This document shows positions 21,919-23,539 of a DNA stretch of 23,539 nucleotides, in pieces (within the stretch, counting starts at the first letter, position 1; every line of letters begins with the position of its first letter). This DNA is from Paraspadella gotoi (Eukaryota > Animalia > Chaetognatha): assembly GCA_051294375.1 (NCBI GenBank), contig JBJCIZ010001605.1, positions 1 through 23,539 of the forward strand, in the 5' to 3' direction. The translations under genes were made by a program, and so were the position numbers. The notes beneath the pieces were generated by a model, which was not told the origin of the DNA, did no database searches, and saw only the letters and a program-made list of their open reading frames with translations.

Positions 21919-23024
21919 GGCTTTGATGGGCGTTTTTCATTGAATCTGTCACACCCCTTCTCGCATCGATATGCTGCATCTCCATATTTTGCATGGAATT
22001 GGCAGACCTGTTTCATCCTTGGCGCCGGGGCGCCGTCTGTCTTTGGTGGTTGTTGGCGGGCGGCGCCAGAAGTCGGCTGGCGCCTCGAGAAATTATCGCG
22101 GCGATTGTCGCGATTGTCTCGGCGCCTGTTCACGAAATTTACTTCAGGGAAAGTATCGCTATCCGAGTCGTCGGCGCTATCGGCGTCCTGGACCGCGGCG
22201 TTGATTAACGCTGCGGCGCTCTTATGCAAGGGCTTTCCAGATGCGTCGAAATGTTTGTCGGCGATGCTGGCCAACTCTGCTGCTGTTGAGGAGTCGGCTC
22301 GGTCCATGATGTTGGCACGTACACTCGTGGGAAGGCCTCTGATCACGAGTTCTTTAAGAAGGTCGTCGATGGTGACGGAAGTCGCCTTCTCTGCCATCCT
22401 TGCAAGATGTTGGGAAGGCTTCATCTCATCGCGAGTAATTTTTCCATCGAGAATAATCTCGGCTTGACGGCGTTTGGTTAGACCATATTCAGTGCGCAAA
22501 TACGTGAGAAAAACTGTCCATCTTGCTTCTGAAGGGTCACCGTAGAGGAAGGCATTGATCCTAGGATCAATATCTACGGAGATCTTGGACTCCAGAAATG
22601 CAAATTTGTCCTTGGGGGAAACAACTCCTGCTCTTACGTAGGCGGACTCGACGCGCTTAATCCAAATTTCGATGTTGTCGCGATCAAAGGGCGGCAGTTC
22701 CGGCTTTTTAGGTTTGTTGGCTCGAGACAAGGCTTCTTGGGCGGCGCGAGTTGCCGCCATGGCGGCGTCGAGGGCCGCGCGTAGGGAGTCGACCTCGGCC
22801 TGAGAGGGAGGAGCCTCCGCCATGTCGGATTCGGCGTCCACGAAATGATCCTGTTGATTCGTAGGGAATACAAAAGCGCGGGCGCTCTGCGGCGTCGATT
22901 GACGGTTCCCTGGGCGAGCTTCAACTTCCTCGGCCGGAGAATGAAATCCTCGGCCTCGAGGGGAAAGGAACTGAATGGATTGCGCTTTGGACCTCGTAAC
23001 CGCGCCGAGATTTGGTAATGGCAT
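21888..23024 (-). CDS. gag: Gag protein (378 aa)
   Basis: Open ATG-initiated ORF with LPPFDRDNIEIWIKRVES capsid-type start, KPSQHLARM, and C-terminal CQFHAKYGDAAYRCEKGC (CHCC zinc knuckle). Confidence 0.92.
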   Translation of the reverse strand: MPLPNLGAVTRSKAQSIQFLSPRGRGFHSPAEEVEARPGNRQSTPQSARAFVFPTNQQDHFVDAESDMAEAPPSQAEVDSLRAALDAAMAATRAAQEALSRANKPKKPELPPFDRDNIEIWIKRVESAYVRAGVVSPKDKFAFLESKISVDIDPRINAFLYGDPSEARWTVFLTYLRTEYGLTKRRQAEIILDGKITRDEMKPSQHLARMAEKATSVTIDDLLKELVIRGLPTSVRANIMDRADSSTAAELASIADKHFDASGKPLHKSAAALINAAVQDADSADDSDSDTFPEVNFVNRRRDNRDNRRDNFSRRQPTSGAARQQPPKTDGAPAPRMKQVCQFHAKYGDAAYRCEKGCDRFNEKRPSKPGNGQAGRRR

Positions 23025-23126
23025 TGAGGGCGGCGTTGGTACGCGTGGGCGCTACTTCAGGTGCGCTGGTGTTTGTCAGAAGGTTGGAGGGCGCCTCTGT
23101 GACTTGCTAAGAGGCGCGAAAGTTCG

Positions 23127-23141
23127 ACGTCGGACTCACCA
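23127..23141 (-). promoter_or_regulatory. Primer binding site, tRNA-Trp-like
   Basis: TGGTGAGTCCGACGT lies 1 nt after the LTR end. It is a 13/15 match to TGGTGACCCCGACGT, the complement of the common animal tRNA-Trp 3' end (recalled, not searched). Confidence 0.8.
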
Positions 23142-23142
23142 A

Positions 23143-23539
23143 TGTGGTGAACAGGAGGAGATGATGTTGATTATGTGACGTTAGAGATAGTTCATAGTTT
23201 TTGGTAAAAACGTTATAAACCAACTTGCTTGGTTAATTCATAAGACCTTAATAAAATAATCAAAGCATATAGATATTCCTATACTTTTAATATTATAGTA
23301 AGACAAAGAACACTATAAACCCACTAGAAGCAACACTAGTAACAATTGATTGTTGACTTCCATACTTCTTGTAAGAACATTATTCCACTTTGAATTCTTT
23401 GGTTTCTCGACACAAGGATATTTTACCATCTGTTTCATTTTATTTCATTCATTTTATATTTAATGTTAATGTTTATCTATTATACAATTGTTCACTGTGA
23501 TATAGATAATTGCAATCGCTGCTAGGCAAAAGAGCAGTT
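23143..23539 (-). repeat. 5' LTR (partial), with internal segment inverted relative to the 3' LTR
   Basis: 23143-23279 is a direct match to 17717-17845. 23280-23539 matches the reverse complement of about 17846-18093, with many small indels and a ~20-nt gap near the junction. Confidence 0.9.

Larger units (their letters stand above)
17717..23539 (-). mobile_element. Ty3/Gypsy LTR retrotransposon, CsRn1/Kabuki-like; 5' LTR cut by window end
   Basis: Order on - strand is LTR, PBS, gag, pol (PR-RT-RH-IN), PPT, LTR. The CHCC-type Gag knuckle, tRNA-Trp-like PBS and -1 gag/pol overlap are known CsRn1-clade traits. Left flank GCCT (17713-17716) is the candidate TSD, but the other side is not visible. 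Confidence 0.95.

Noticed and set aside
18464-22924. Antisense and alternate-frame ORFs over gag-pol (e.g. 21868-22467 +, 19505-19936 +)
   Set aside because: Expected shadows of a GC-richer coding region, with no recognisable motifs.

Overview
AT-rich eukaryotic (probably invertebrate animal) genomic DNA. Outside the retrotransposon ORFs it looks like an error-rich long-read consensus, because recognisable exons carry many 1-nt indels. Positions 1-10.3 kb hold scattered + strand exons of a gene with Ig-like and LDL-receptor class A (LDLa) repeats, among microsatellites, minisatellites and foldback elements. A structured region at 10.4-10.7 kb has a twister-ribozyme-like core. At 14.8-17.4 kb (- strand) lies a frameshifted, apparently intronless gene joining many extracellular-type LRRs to a kinase C-terminal remnant and an RNase L/IRE1-type KEN ribonuclease domain, followed by a PPT plus LTR-start-like signal. 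From 17717 to the end is a near-complete Ty3/Gypsy LTR retrotransposon of CsRn1/Kabuki type (- strand) with intact gag and pol, a -1 frameshift signal, a tRNA-Trp-like PBS and a PPT. Most striking: a ~247-bp segment inside the LTR, bounded by perfect 11-bp inverted repeats, is in opposite orientations in the two LTRs. This is either an invertible switch or an assembly chimera. All alignments and folds were done by eye.
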